From contig JBAQNN010000002.1 of NCBI GenBank assembly GCA_049303835.1, positions 161,978 through 225,977 on the forward strand: a DNA stretch of 64,000 bases, read 5' to 3'. The notes below the pieces were generated by a model. It did no database searches. It saw only the letters and a program-made list of their open reading frames with translations, and was not told the DNA's origin. Of the stretch, positions 48,726-58,162 are shown one piece after another (the stretch's first letter is position 1; each line of letters begins with the position of its first letter). Position numbers and translations under genes: made by a program. Source of the stretch: Minisyncoccia bacterium (GTDB lineage Bacteria > Patescibacteriota > Minisyncoccia > Phycocordibacterales > UBA9973).

Positions 48726-50036
48726 ATGTCAGAAAAAAATAAAAAAGAGGACACAACCAATGACCTGATGGAGAAAATAGTTTCTCTCTGCAAAAGGCGT
48801 GGGTTTATTTTTCAGGGTTCGGAGATATACGGCGGATTGGCAGGGACTTGGGACCTGGGCCATTTTGGAGTCGCCTTGAGAAACAACATTCAACAATTCT
48901 GGTGGAAAAAGTTTGTGGATGGCCGTCGGGATATGTACGGCATAGATGCGGCACTATTGATGAATTCAAAAGTATGGGAAGCTTCCGGACACGTAGCGGG
49001 TTTTGCCGATCCGATGGTGGAATGTAAGAAATGTCATCATAAGTTTCGTGCTGATCAGGTGGATGGGAAATGTCCTGATTGCGGAGGGGAATTTGGAGAT
49101 ATTCAACAGTTCAATATGATGTTCAAAACACATATCGGTGCGAGCGAAGACAGTAGCTCAGTAGTTTATCTTCGCCCGGAGACGGCCCAGGGTATGTTTG
49201 TAAATTTTAAAAATACCGTGGACGCTTTTCACCCCAAACTTCCTTTCGGGATGGCACAAATCGGCAAAGCTTTTAGAAACGAAATTGCACCGAGAGATTT
49301 TATTTTTCGCGTACGCGAATTTGAACAAATGGAAATAGAATACTTTATTCGTCCGACTGATTGGGAAAGGTATTTTGAATATTGGAGAGGAGAGATGCTT
49401 GAATGGATGGAAGAAGTGGGTATAGATATGGCCAAAGTGCACGAATTGGAAGTGTTAAAAGAAGACAGAGCGCATTATTCCAGCCGGACTATAGATTTTG
49501 AGTTTGATTTTCCTTTCGGGAAGAAAGAGCTTTTTGGTTTAGCTTACAGAGCAGATTTTGATTTAAAAAGTCATGGGCTTGATTATATTGACGAAGAAAA
49601 AGGAGAAAAAACTGTCCCTCATGTGATAGAGCCGACCTTTGGTGTAGGGCGGGCGCTTTTGGCAGTCTTGCTCTCTGCTTACTCTGAAGATGAAAAAGAT
49701 GGAGAAGTGCGTTCATATTTGAAATTTAAACCAAACATCGCGCCGGTCATCTGTGCTGTTTCTCCGCTTTTGAAAAATAAACCCGAACTGGTGGAATATG
49801 CCAACATAAAAGTTTTTGCTCCACTTAAAGAAGAATTTGGTAGGGTAGCTTGGGATGACAACGGCAACATCGGCAAACGATATCGTAGACAAGATGAGAT
49901 AGGCACACCGTTTTGTATCGTGGTGGACTTTGATACTCTCACCGACGACACAGTTACCGTCCGCGACCGCGATACCGGGGAGCAGGAGAGAATAAAGGTG
50001 GCTGATTTGAAAGATTATATAAAGGAAAGAATCTAA
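48726..50036 (+). CDS. glyQS: Glycyl-tRNA synthetase (alpha2 type)
   Basis: GFIFQGSEIYGGLAGTWDLG N-terminus; class II motifs. Confidence 0.9.
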   Translation: MSEKNKKEDTTNDLMEKIVSLCKRRGFIFQGSEIYGGLAGTWDLGHFGVALRNNIQQFWWKKFVDGRRDMYGIDAALLMNSKVWEASGHVAGFADPMVECKKCHHKFRADQVDGKCPDCGGEFGDIQQFNMMFKTHIGASEDSSSVVYLRPETAQGMFVNFKNTVDAFHPKLPFGMAQIGKAFRNEIAPRDFIFRVREFEQMEIEYFIRPTDWERYFEYWRGEMLEWMEEVGIDMAKVHELEVLKEDRAHYSSRTIDFEFDFPFGKKELFGLAYRADFDLKSHGLDYIDEEKGEKTVPHVIEPTFGVGRALLAVLLSAYSEDEKDGEVRSYLKFKPNIAPVICAVSPLLKNKPELVEYANIKVFAPLKEEFGRVAWDDNGNIGKRYRRQDEIGTPFCIVVDFDTLTDDTVTVRDRDTGEQERIKVADLKDYIKERI

Positions 50037-51304
50037 TGAAATTCTCAAAAAAAGTTTTAAAAAATGGACTGCGGGTTGTTACTATTCCGATGAAAGAGAA
50101 TCCCACGGTGACCGTGCTCGTCTTGGTGGAGGCCGGGTCCAAATATGAAGAGAAAAGAAATAACGGAATTTCTCACTTTTTGGAGCATATGTGTTTTAAG
50201 GGCACAGTGAAGAGGCCCAAGGCTATTGATATATCCAAAGAACTAGATAGCCTGGGGAGCCAGTATAATGCTTTCACCGCCCAAGAATACACGGGATATT
50301 ATGCCAAGTCCGATGCCAAACACTTCAGCCAGATATTTGAAATTGTCTCGGATATTTATCTAAATTCAACTTTTCCGGAAGCAGAGATGCAGAAAGAGAA
50401 AGGCGTGATCATAGAAGAGATAAATATGTATGAAGACTTGCCAAATAGACACGTGCAGGACTTGATGATGGAATTGCTCTACGGAGATACCCCGGCCGGG
50501 TGGAATATAGCCGGTACCAAGAAAAATATTATAAAGATGAAACGGGATGATTTTGTTGCTTACAAAAAAGCGCACTATCTGCCGGAAGCCACAGTGCTCG
50601 TCGTAGCAGGATCCGTGACCGAAAAAGAAGTACTGCGCGAGGCAAAAAAGATTTTTGGGCACATAAAACGAGGCAAAAAAATGAGCAAGGTGAAAGTGAA
50701 AGAGACTCAAAATAAACCTGAAGTGCTGGTAAATTTCAAAAAGACGGATCAGACACATTTTGTTTTGGGGGCGCGTACTTACGATTTATTTAATAAAAAT
50801 AATGCAGTACTCGCGGTGTTGGGTGGAGTCTTGGGTGGAGGGATGAGCTCTAGACTCTTTCAAAAACTTCGCGAAGAGATGGGTGTCGGTTATTATGTGC
50901 GAGCTTATAACGATACTTATACTGATCATGGATTTTTTCAAATTTCCGCCGGAGTGGACAATAAAAGGATAAACGAAGTTCTGTTGGCGGTCTTGGAAGA
51001 ATGTAAAAAATTAAAAAATGAAAAAGTAGGGGAAGAGGAGTTGAATAAAGTCAAAGAATGTCTGATAGGCAATATGAAGCTCTCCTTGGAATCAAGCGAT
51101 GACATAGCCAATTTTTATGGCGGGCAAGAGCTTTTGAAACGAAAGTCTCAGAATCTAGAAGAAAAAGCATCGGCCATCCGCAAGGTTACTGCGGAACAAA
51201 TCAAAAATTTAGCCGGAGAAATTTTTCAAAACAAGAAGCTGAATTTGGCGCTTATTGGGCCATTTAAAGAAAAGACCTCATTCCTGAAAATCCTTAAATT
51301 CTAG
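50036..51304 (+). CDS. M16-family zinc peptidase (pitrilysin-like)
   Basis: Inverted zinc motif HFLEH ... E. Confidence 0.8.
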   Translation: MKFSKKVLKNGLRVVTIPMKENPTVTVLVLVEAGSKYEEKRNNGISHFLEHMCFKGTVKRPKAIDISKELDSLGSQYNAFTAQEYTGYYAKSDAKHFSQIFEIVSDIYLNSTFPEAEMQKEKGVIIEEINMYEDLPNRHVQDLMMELLYGDTPAGWNIAGTKKNIIKMKRDDFVAYKKAHYLPEATVLVVAGSVTEKEVLREAKKIFGHIKRGKKMSKVKVKETQNKPEVLVNFKKTDQTHFVLGARTYDLFNKNNAVLAVLGGVLGGGMSSRLFQKLREEMGVGYYVRAYNDTYTDHGFFQISAGVDNKRINEVLLAVLEECKKLKNEKVGEEELNKVKECLIGNMKLSLESSDDIANFYGGQELLKRKSQNLEEKASAIRKVTAEQIKNLAGEIFQNKKLNLALIGPFKEKTSFLKILKF

Positions 51305-51324
51305 TCTTTTTAGTTTGTTGTTTT

Positions 51325-52422
51325 TTGTGGTATTATATTTTTATGTCTGGAAAAGAAAGTGTTACTTCTGTCTCAGTGTCTACCGGTACTATCGTCCGGG
51401 CTGTTTTGGTTCTTGTCTTTGTGTTTTTGTTTTGGTTTTTACGAGACTTGGTTTTGGTAGTTTTGACTGCCATTGTGATTGCTTCCTTCGTGGAGTCATC
51501 CGTGCCCCATTTCCAAAAAATAGGGATCAATAGAGTCTTTGGCATCATCATTACGTATGGCTTATCCTTGTCTATTTTGTCTGGAATGTTTTATCTTTTT
51601 GCTCCACTTTTGATAACTGAAATTTATAATTTTTCAAATTTTTTGACTTCTTACGCTCCCGATGTTTCCATTTTGAACTTTTTCAAAAACGAAGCATTTT
51701 CTGGAGCGAAAGATGTAGTCAGTAGTTTGGGGGGAGACTTTTCTGTTTCATCGCTTCTGTCTGTGTCCAAGACCTTCATCTTAAATCTATCCGGAGGATT
51801 TTTCACCACCATCTCCGTAGCTTTCGGAAGCATCTTCAACTTTTTCTTGATTATCGTTTTGTCGTTCTATCTTTCAATTCAAGAAAAGGGGATAGAGAAC
51901 TTTCTTCGCATCATTATTCCTATCTCCTATGAAAATTACGTAGTGGACCTATGGGCGCGTTCCAGTCGCAAGATAGGCCTCTGGGTCAAAGGGCAGATGC
52001 TCCTAGGCATCGTCGTCGGTATTTTGATTTATTTGATACTTTCTCTCCTTGGTATAGAGTATGCGCTTCTATTGGCCATCATCACTGGAATCATGGAGAT
52101 GGTTCCTTATGGTATTTTGGTTGCCTTGGTCCCGACTTTTTTCTTCTCTTATATTTCCGACGGAATAGGGAGTGCTATCATGGTCACTGGGGCTTATGTG
52201 ATCGTCCATCAATTTGAAGTTTTTCTTTTTGCTCCGCTTATCATAAAGAAGATAGTGGGCCTTTCTCCGATTGTCATTATCTTGGCTGTGGTGATAGGTT
52301 TTGAGCTAGGTGGAGTTTGGGGGGCTATTCTTTCCATTCCGATGTCCGTAATTTTAATGGAATTTTTGAACGATATTGAAAAAGATAAATCTCTTTTGAA
52401 AACAAGTGATGAAAAAAACTAG
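51325..52422 (+). CDS. AI-2E family (UPF0118/PerM-like) transporter
   Basis: 8 TM helices with the conserved C-terminal region; alternative start at 51343. Confidence 0.7.
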   Translation: MWYYIFMSGKESVTSVSVSTGTIVRAVLVLVFVFLFWFLRDLVLVVLTAIVIASFVESSVPHFQKIGINRVFGIIITYGLSLSILSGMFYLFAPLLITEIYNFSNFLTSYAPDVSILNFFKNEAFSGAKDVVSSLGGDFSVSSLLSVSKTFILNLSGGFFTTISVAFGSIFNFFLIIVLSFYLSIQEKGIENFLRIIIPISYENYVVDLWARSSRKIGLWVKGQMLLGIVVGILIYLILSLLGIEYALLLAIITGIMEMVPYGILVALVPTFFFSYISDGIGSAIMVTGAYVIVHQFEVFLFAPLIIKKIVGLSPIVIILAVVIGFELGGVWGAILSIPMSVILMEFLNDIEKDKSLLKTSDEKN

Positions 52423-53854
52423 TTTCTACATTACAACGACCTTACCATACGTAAATGCGGATCTGCATATGGGGCATGCGCTTGAGTTTGTACGAGCGGA
52501 TGTTATCGCTAGATATAAAAAACTACAGGGTTTTGATGTATTTTTCAATACTGGTACGGACGAGCATGGAATGAAAATTTATGAGAAAGCCCTGTCTCAG
52601 GGCAAAAAACCACAGGAATTTGTGGATGAAAGTTTTTTAAATTTTAAAGAATCGGTGAAAATTTTTGGGATGGATGAAGAAATTTTGCATTTTGTCCGTA
52701 CTACCGATTTGCACCACATAAAAGCCGCCCAAGAATTTTGGAAAAAAGTAAACGACAATGGGTACATTTACAAAAAAAATTATGAGGCCAAATATTGTGT
52801 CGGTTGCGAAGAGACAAAAAGCGATTCCGAACTTGTAAATGGTGAGTGCCCAGTGCATCCTGGCCGTCCGCTTGAAATCATAGAAGAAGAAAATTACTTC
52901 TTCAAATATAGTGAATTTGGAGAGAAACTTTTAAAATTTTATGAAGAAAATCCAAATTTTGTCATACCGGACTTTCGCTATAATGAGATGAAGGCTTTTG
53001 TGTCTCGTGGGCTTCAGGATTTTTCTATCTCACGTTTGAAATCCAAAATGTCATGGGGCATACCGGTGCCGGGGGATCTTGAGCATGTGATGTATGTGTG
53101 GTTTGATGCGCTCGTGAATTATATTTCTACTTTGGGTTGGCCGGATCAGATGGAAAATTTTGAAAAATATTGGGTGCATGGAACTCCTGTTCAATATTGT
53201 GGAAAGGATAATACTCGTTTCCAGTCTGCTATGTGGCAAGCGATGCTGATGGCTGCCGGTATAAAAAATACGGACCAGCTAGTGGTGAATGGATTTATCA
53301 CTGCAGAAGGGGGAGTAAAAATGTCCAAGACCTTGGGCAATGTCGCGGATCCGAAAGAGCTGGTCGCGGAATATGGCACCGACGCTCTCCGCTATTTCCT
53401 TTTGCGAGAAGTATCTTCTTTTGAAGATAGTCCCTTCACCATGGAACGATTCAAAGAAGCTTACAATTCAGGATTGGCAAACGGGTTGGGGAATCTGACT
53501 TCACGTGTTCTCACTTTATCGGAAAAATATTTGGATGGTTGTCCAGAATTGACTGATGCCATAACAGATCCAGACCCTAGAATTTTATTGGAAAGTTTTC
53601 ACATTCATGAGTACAGCAGTGCTGTATGGTTAAAAATACAAAGTTTAGATAAAAAAATTCAAGAGACAGAACCATTTAAGGTTGTAAAAGTTGATGAGAA
53701 AAAAGGAAAAGAATTAATAAAAGAAAATGTTCTAAGACTTTATGAAATTTCAGAAATGCTTATTCCATTACTTCCGGAAACCGCCAAAACGATTCAAGCA
53801 TTAATCAAAGCCAACAAAAAACCCGAAAAACCGCTATTTTTAAGGAAAGAATAA
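52406..53854 (+). CDS. metG: Methionyl-tRNA synthetase (short form)
   Basis: HMGHALEFVRADVIARY HIGH region; CxxC zinc knuckle; KMSKTLGN. Confidence 0.9.
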   Translation: MMKKTSFYITTTLPYVNADLHMGHALEFVRADVIARYKKLQGFDVFFNTGTDEHGMKIYEKALSQGKKPQEFVDESFLNFKESVKIFGMDEEILHFVRTTDLHHIKAAQEFWKKVNDNGYIYKKNYEAKYCVGCEETKSDSELVNGECPVHPGRPLEIIEEENYFFKYSEFGEKLLKFYEENPNFVIPDFRYNEMKAFVSRGLQDFSISRLKSKMSWGIPVPGDLEHVMYVWFDALVNYISTLGWPDQMENFEKYWVHGTPVQYCGKDNTRFQSAMWQAMLMAAGIKNTDQLVVNGFITAEGGVKMSKTLGNVADPKELVAEYGTDALRYFLLREVSSFEDSPFTMERFKEAYNSGLANGLGNLTSRVLTLSEKYLDGCPELTDAITDPDPRILLESFHIHEYSSAVWLKIQSLDKKIQETEPFKVVKVDEKKGKELIKENVLRLYEISEMLIPLLPETAKTIQALIKANKKPEKPLFLRKE

Positions 53855-53855
53855 A

Positions 53856-54698
53856 ATGACTCCAAAATACATAGACATCCATAGTCATGTCAATTTTACC
53901 GCTTTTGATACGGACAGAGATGAGGTCATTGATCGTGCGCTTAGTGATGACACTTGGGTGATAAACGTCGGTACCCAGATAGATACTTCTAAGAGCGCTG
54001 TTATTTTGGCCAATAAATATAAAGAAGGCGTGTATGCGGTCATCGGATTGCATCCTATTCATACCGGAGCGTCATATCATGACGAAAAAGAGCTTGGAGA
54101 AGGGAATAAAGAGTTCACTTCTCGTGGGGAAATTTTTGATAAAGATGCTTACAGAGAGCTTTTGCGGGATCCCAAGGTCGTAGCGATAGGGGAATGTGGT
54201 TTGGATTATTATAGATGTGACGAGGAATCCATCACCAAACAAAAACAAGCTTTTATGGCCCAAGTAGAGCTGGCAGATGAATTTGGTAAGCCCTTGATGC
54301 TTCATATCCGCAATAACCCAAAAGATAAAAAATTAAATGCATATTCTGATGTGCTAGATTTACTCAAAAAATTTCCGAACATAAAAGGAGACGTTCATTT
54401 TTTTGCGGGGACCTGGGAAGATGCGAAAAAATTTCTGGACATAGGTTTTACTCTTTCTTTTACCGGGGTGGTCACTTTCACCAAAGATTATGATGAAGTC
54501 ATCAGAAATACCCCATTAGATAGGATCATGTCTGAGACGGATGCTCCATATGTCGCGCCTGTGCCACACAGGGGCAAGCGCAATGAGCCTGTTTATGTGA
54601 AAGAAACTGTCAAAAAAATCGCTGAGATTAAAAATCTCCCCGAAGCAGAAGTAGCGGAGGCCCTCATCGCGAACGCCAAACGACTTTTCAAGATTTAG
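53856..54698 (+). CDS. tatD: TatD-family metal-dependent DNase
   Basis: IDIHSH and GECGLDYY motifs; DAPY near the C-terminus. Confidence 0.85.
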   Translation: MTPKYIDIHSHVNFTAFDTDRDEVIDRALSDDTWVINVGTQIDTSKSAVILANKYKEGVYAVIGLHPIHTGASYHDEKELGEGNKEFTSRGEIFDKDAYRELLRDPKVVAIGECGLDYYRCDEESITKQKQAFMAQVELADEFGKPLMLHIRNNPKDKKLNAYSDVLDLLKKFPNIKGDVHFFAGTWEDAKKFLDIGFTLSFTGVVTFTKDYDEVIRNTPLDRIMSETDAPYVAPVPHRGKRNEPVYVKETVKKIAEIKNLPEAEVAEALIANAKRLFKI

Positions 54699-54705
54699 CC
54701 CTTCG

Positions 54706-54742
54706 CCCCTATCCCTGGGATAGGGGAACCCTTTACTTTTTA
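54706..54742 (+). terminator. Rho-independent terminator after tatD
   Basis: CCCCTATCC-ctg-GGATAGGGG plus T-run. Confidence 0.6.
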
Positions 54743-54758
54743 AGGTCTCTTTGGTAGT

Positions 54759-55295
54759 ATGACATTTATGCAAGCAAGTGAACAAAATAACGAAATTATA
54801 GAAGAAATTACTTCAGATAATGTGGACACAGGAGCAAACCAGAGAGTTTACGAGCTCGGTTATCTTTTGGTGCCTACTATCGCTGAAGAAAATTTGCCCG
54901 CAATGTATGGCAATATTAAAGAACTCGTTTCTTCTTTTAAGGGTGAGATTATTTCCGACGAAATGCCAAAAATGATACCGCTTGCTTACTCTATGACCAA
55001 AGTCATCACCAACATCCGCAACAAATTTGATAATGCCTACTTTGGTTGGATCAAGTTTGTCATGGATTCCGATAAAGTTTTGGAATTGAAAAAGAAGCTT
55101 GATTTGGATCCCAATTTCATCAGATTTTTGATTTTAAAGACAGTCAAAGAAAATACTATCGCCTCCAAAAGATTTGTCCGTGGAGAGATGCACGGCCGAA
55201 AGCCAAAGACAGAAAAGGGCGACAATGGTGAGCCAGCTGCTCCTATAAACAAAGAAGAGATAGATAAAGAAATAGACGCGATGATTGCGGTCTAA
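54759..55295 (+). CDS. rpsF: 30S ribosomal protein S6 with long acidic/basic C-terminal extension
   Basis: S6 fold signature YELGYLLVP...; conserved rpsF-ssb-rpsR synteny. Confidence 0.75.
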   Translation: MTFMQASEQNNEIIEEITSDNVDTGANQRVYELGYLLVPTIAEENLPAMYGNIKELVSSFKGEIISDEMPKMIPLAYSMTKVITNIRNKFDNAYFGWIKFVMDSDKVLELKKKLDLDPNFIRFLILKTVKENTIASKRFVRGEMHGRKPKTEKGDNGEPAAPINKEEIDKEIDAMIAV

Positions 55296-55320
55296 AGCTT
55301 TTATAAAATAACATAAAAAT

Positions 55321-55773
55321 ATGTATTTAAACAAAGCAATTTTAATAGGAAATCTAACTCGCGACCCGGAATTACGTTCTCTTCCTTCAGGTATAAAAGT
55401 CTGCACTTTTTCTTTAGCCACCAATCGGGTTTGGAAAGATAAAAATGGTGCTCGTCAAGAATCTACCGATTATCACAATGTAGTGGTCTTCGGACGCCAA
55501 GCGGAGACAGTGGCGCAATATATGAAGAAAGGGAGCTCCATTTTAGTAGAAGGCAGGATGCAGACCAGGAGTTGGGATGACAAGAATAGCGGAGAAAAGA
55601 AATATCGTACCGAAGTAGTCGCTGATCGCACTCAGTTTGGTCCCAAAGGGGGAGGCACGGGAGCTAGTGGAGGGACCAATAGTGTAGGTTCCAAAGCCCC
55701 AGCTAGTGAAGGAGAAGTGGATGCTATAGAGTACCCTGAAGAAGACATTAATTCCGAAGACATTCCGTTCTAA
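55321..55773 (+). CDS. ssb: Single-stranded DNA-binding protein
   Basis: OB-fold ILIGNLTRDPELR; Gly-rich linker; C-terminal acidic tip DIPF. Confidence 0.9.
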   Translation: MYLNKAILIGNLTRDPELRSLPSGIKVCTFSLATNRVWKDKNGARQESTDYHNVVVFGRQAETVAQYMKKGSSILVEGRMQTRSWDDKNSGEKKYRTEVVADRTQFGPKGGGTGASGGTNSVGSKAPASEGEVDAIEYPEEDINSEDIPF

Positions 55774-55818
55774 CTTTACGAACTTTATAACTTTTAACTT
55801 TATAACTAGTCAAAGACC

Positions 55819-56019
55819 ATGAAACAAGATTATTTTTCAGCCAACAATATAAAATACATAGACTACAAGGATATTGAAATTCTAAAGAAATTTTTGAATC
55901 CAAACGGCAAGATTGTGAGCCACAAGAAGACAGGTGTCACTTCCAAGAATCAACGCGCTCTTACTTCTGCTATCAAGCATGCCAGATTTTTGGGCTTGCT
56001 TCCTTTTGTAGTTAAATAA
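55819..56019 (+). CDS. rpsR: 30S ribosomal protein S18
   Basis: IDYKDIEILKKF....R.TG....QR.L..AIK.AR.L.LLP. Confidence 0.85.
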   Translation: MKQDYFSANNIKYIDYKDIEILKKFLNPNGKIVSHKKTGVTSKNQRALTSAIKHARFLGLLPFVVK

Positions 56020-56030
56020 TAACTTGGTTA

Positions 56031-56064
56031 AATACGAAGGTTCAACCTTCGTATTTTTGTTTTG
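56031..56064 (+). terminator. Terminator after rpsR
   Basis: AATACGAAGG-ttcaa-CCTTCGTATT plus T-run. Confidence 0.6.
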
Positions 56065-56090
56065 ATTATTTTTTTTTAAATATAAATTTT

Positions 56091-56672
56091 ATGTCACAAC
56101 TTCAATACAACGAAATACGAGAAAAGAAAATAATTATTCACGATGATGAGCCGTGTGAAGTGGTGGAGTCTCATGTCGCTCGTACGCAACAGCGAAAACC
56201 GCAAAACCAAGTAAAACTGCGAAGTTTGATTTCCGGTAAAGTTTTCCCCGCTACCTATCACGTGTCTGATTCTGCGGATGAAGCAGATATCACCAAACGC
56301 GATGTTACTTTTTTATATTCAAACAAAGGCGAATTTTGGTTTTGTGATCCATCCGACAAGAGCAATAGATTTAAACTAGACGAGGCCCTCTTGGGTGATT
56401 CATCCAAATTTTTAAAACAAGACGGCAATGTCACAGCATTAGTCTGGACCGATGATGAAGATGAAGAAAAAATCATAAAAATCAGTTTGCCTATTAAAAT
56501 GGAATTCAAAATCAAAGAAGCCCCTCCGGCGGTGAGAGGGGATACTTCCAAGGGTGGTAACAAGATTATTACTCTTGAAAACGGCACTACTTTAAATGCT
56601 CCTATGTTTATAAATGAAGGAGATGTAATTCGCGTAAATACCGAGACCGGAGAATACGTAGAGCGTGTCTAG
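56091..56672 (+). CDS. efp: Elongation factor P
   Basis: Three-domain EF-P; conserved loop region around KPQ..VKLRS. Confidence 0.9.
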   Translation: MSQLQYNEIREKKIIIHDDEPCEVVESHVARTQQRKPQNQVKLRSLISGKVFPATYHVSDSADEADITKRDVTFLYSNKGEFWFCDPSDKSNRFKLDEALLGDSSKFLKQDGNVTALVWTDDEDEEKIIKISLPIKMEFKIKEAPPAVRGDTSKGGNKIITLENGTTLNAPMFINEGDVIRVNTETGEYVERV

Positions 56673-57709
56673 ACTTCCTCCGCGAATTTCTTTCTAATCT
56701 CTTTTAGAATTTCTTTGGAGATTTTTTCGTTCTCTTTCAAGAAGGTGCGAGTGGAATCATACCCCACGCCGAGTTTTACTTTTTCTGCTTTTTCGCCGGT
56801 TGGCATATAGAAATATGAATTTCCGCTTTTTTCTATAATTTTGAATTTTTCTCCTAGGGCCATGATCTCTCCCTCTTTGGATATTCCTTCGTTGTAGATG
56901 ATATCAAATTCCGTCTGCTTGAACGGAGCAGCCACTTTATTTTTCACTACTTTTACTCTCGTGCGAGAACCCACGATTTCCTCACCTTTTTTGATCTGGG
57001 CGATTTTGCGGATGTCTAGCCTGACTGAAGTATAAAACTTCAAGGCCTTGCCTCCTGGAGTCGTTTCTGGGTTACCGAACATCACTCCGATTTGCATACG
57101 AATCTGATTGATAAAGATGACGCAAGTCTTGGAGCGGGCGACGATGGCAGTCAGTTTACGAAGCGCTTGAGACATCAGACGGGCTTGTTTACCTACGTGG
57201 TAAGCTCCCATGTCTCCTTCAATTTCATCTTTGGGGGTAAGGGCGGCGACAGAGTCCACTACCACGACATCAATTTTCCCCGTACGTACGAGACTCTCCA
57301 CTATTTCTAGTGCCTGTTCTCCATTGTCCGGTTGAGAGATAAGCAAATCATTTATATTTACTCCGAGTTTCTTGGTGTACTCTGGGTCCATTGCATGTTC
57401 TGCATCTATATACGCGCAGACTCCGCCGAGCTTTTGGGCTTCAGCTACAATGTGTAGTGAGAGGGTAGTCTTTCCGGAAGATTCCGGTCCAAATATCTCA
57501 ATGATTCTCCCTCGCGGTATGCCTCCGACGCCGAGCGCCATATCTAGTCCGATAGAGCCAGTCGGTATCGTGTTTATGTTTACCTTTGGGGTATCACCCA
57601 ATTTCATTATGGAACCTTCTCCGAATTTCGTTTGGATAGCTTTCAGAGTGTCACTAAGTACGGATTCTCCTACAGTCTTATCTTCTTTTTTTTCTTTTTT
57701 CTTTTGCAT
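56669..57709 (-). CDS. recA: Recombinase RecA
   Basis: Walker [10 protein letters not shown]; L1/L2 loops. The internal ATG at 57709 gives a canonical N-terminus ([38 protein letters not shown]); the track start at 57799 would include an inverted-repeat element. Confidence 0.85.
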   Translation of the reverse strand: MQKKKEKKEDKTVGESVLSDTLKAIQTKFGEGSIMKLGDTPKVNINTIPTGSIGLDMALGVGGIPRGRIIEIFGPESSGKTTLSLHIVAEAQKLGGVCAYIDAEHAMDPEYTKKLGVNINDLLISQPDNGEQALEIVESLVRTGKIDVVVVDSVAALTPKDEIEGDMGAYHVGKQARLMSQALRKLTAIVARSKTCVIFINQIRMQIGVMFGNPETTPGGKALKFYTSVRLDIRKIAQIKKGEEIVGSRTRVKVVKNKVAAPFKQTEFDIIYNEGISKEGEIMALGEKFKIIEKSGNSYFYMPTGEKAEKVKLGVGYDSTRTFLKENEKISKEILKEIRKKFAEEV

Positions 57710-57720
57710 AGTTTTCTGTT

Positions 57721-57810
57721 TGTTCCCAATAGGAATTGCTTTTACGAATGGTCTGGCCGGGATAGGGACCCGGAGGACCGAGGACCTGAGTAAGAGCAAT
57801 TCCTATTGGG
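57721..57810. repeat. Perfect 17-bp inverted repeat (TTCCCAATAGGAATTGC / GCAATTCCTATTGGGAA) flanking a 56-bp GC-rich spacer, directly upstream of recA
   Basis: Arms at 57721-57737 and 57794-57810; the spacer contains a nested CCGGG-N7-CCCGG. Confidence 0.6.
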
Positions 57811-58159
57811 AATATATTAATTTATAATTTTTTTCATCCACGTAGCCGAACTTGTCTTCTGCTTTGATGGTGACTATATTATACCCTGGCAGGAGGGCGA
57901 TTGTCTCGCCAAAGTTTCCTTCCTGGTCTATTGAAATTTCCCGTCCATTTAAGGTCAATTTTATGGCATTTTTGGCATTACCGGTTAGTTTTACTATATT
58001 TTCTGTAAAGACAGTGCCATCGGACAAATTCACTTCTCTGATTTTTATCCCAAAGATTAAATCTTTAGAAATAAAAATAGCATAAAGAATAATCAAAATA
58101 AAAAAGACAGAGAAGCCGGCTATTTTGACTATTTTTTTTCCATCTTCTATCATTCCCAT
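57803..58159 (-). CDS. Small N-terminally anchored membrane protein
   Basis: 118 aa; TM IAGFSVFFILIILYAIFI, then a beta-rich domain; between ftsK and recA. Confidence 0.4.
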   Translation of the reverse strand: MGMIEDGKKIVKIAGFSVFFILIILYAIFISKDLIFGIKIREVNLSDGTVFTENIVKLTGNAKNAIKLTLNGREISIDQEGNFGETIALLPGYNIVTIKAEDKFGYVDEKNYKLIYSQ

Positions 58160-58162
58160 TTT

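Noticed and set aside
57710-57799. Longer RecA start at 57799
   Set aside because: The extension would translate through the 17-bp inverted repeat. The internal ATG gives a canonical RecA N-terminus and length (347 aa)
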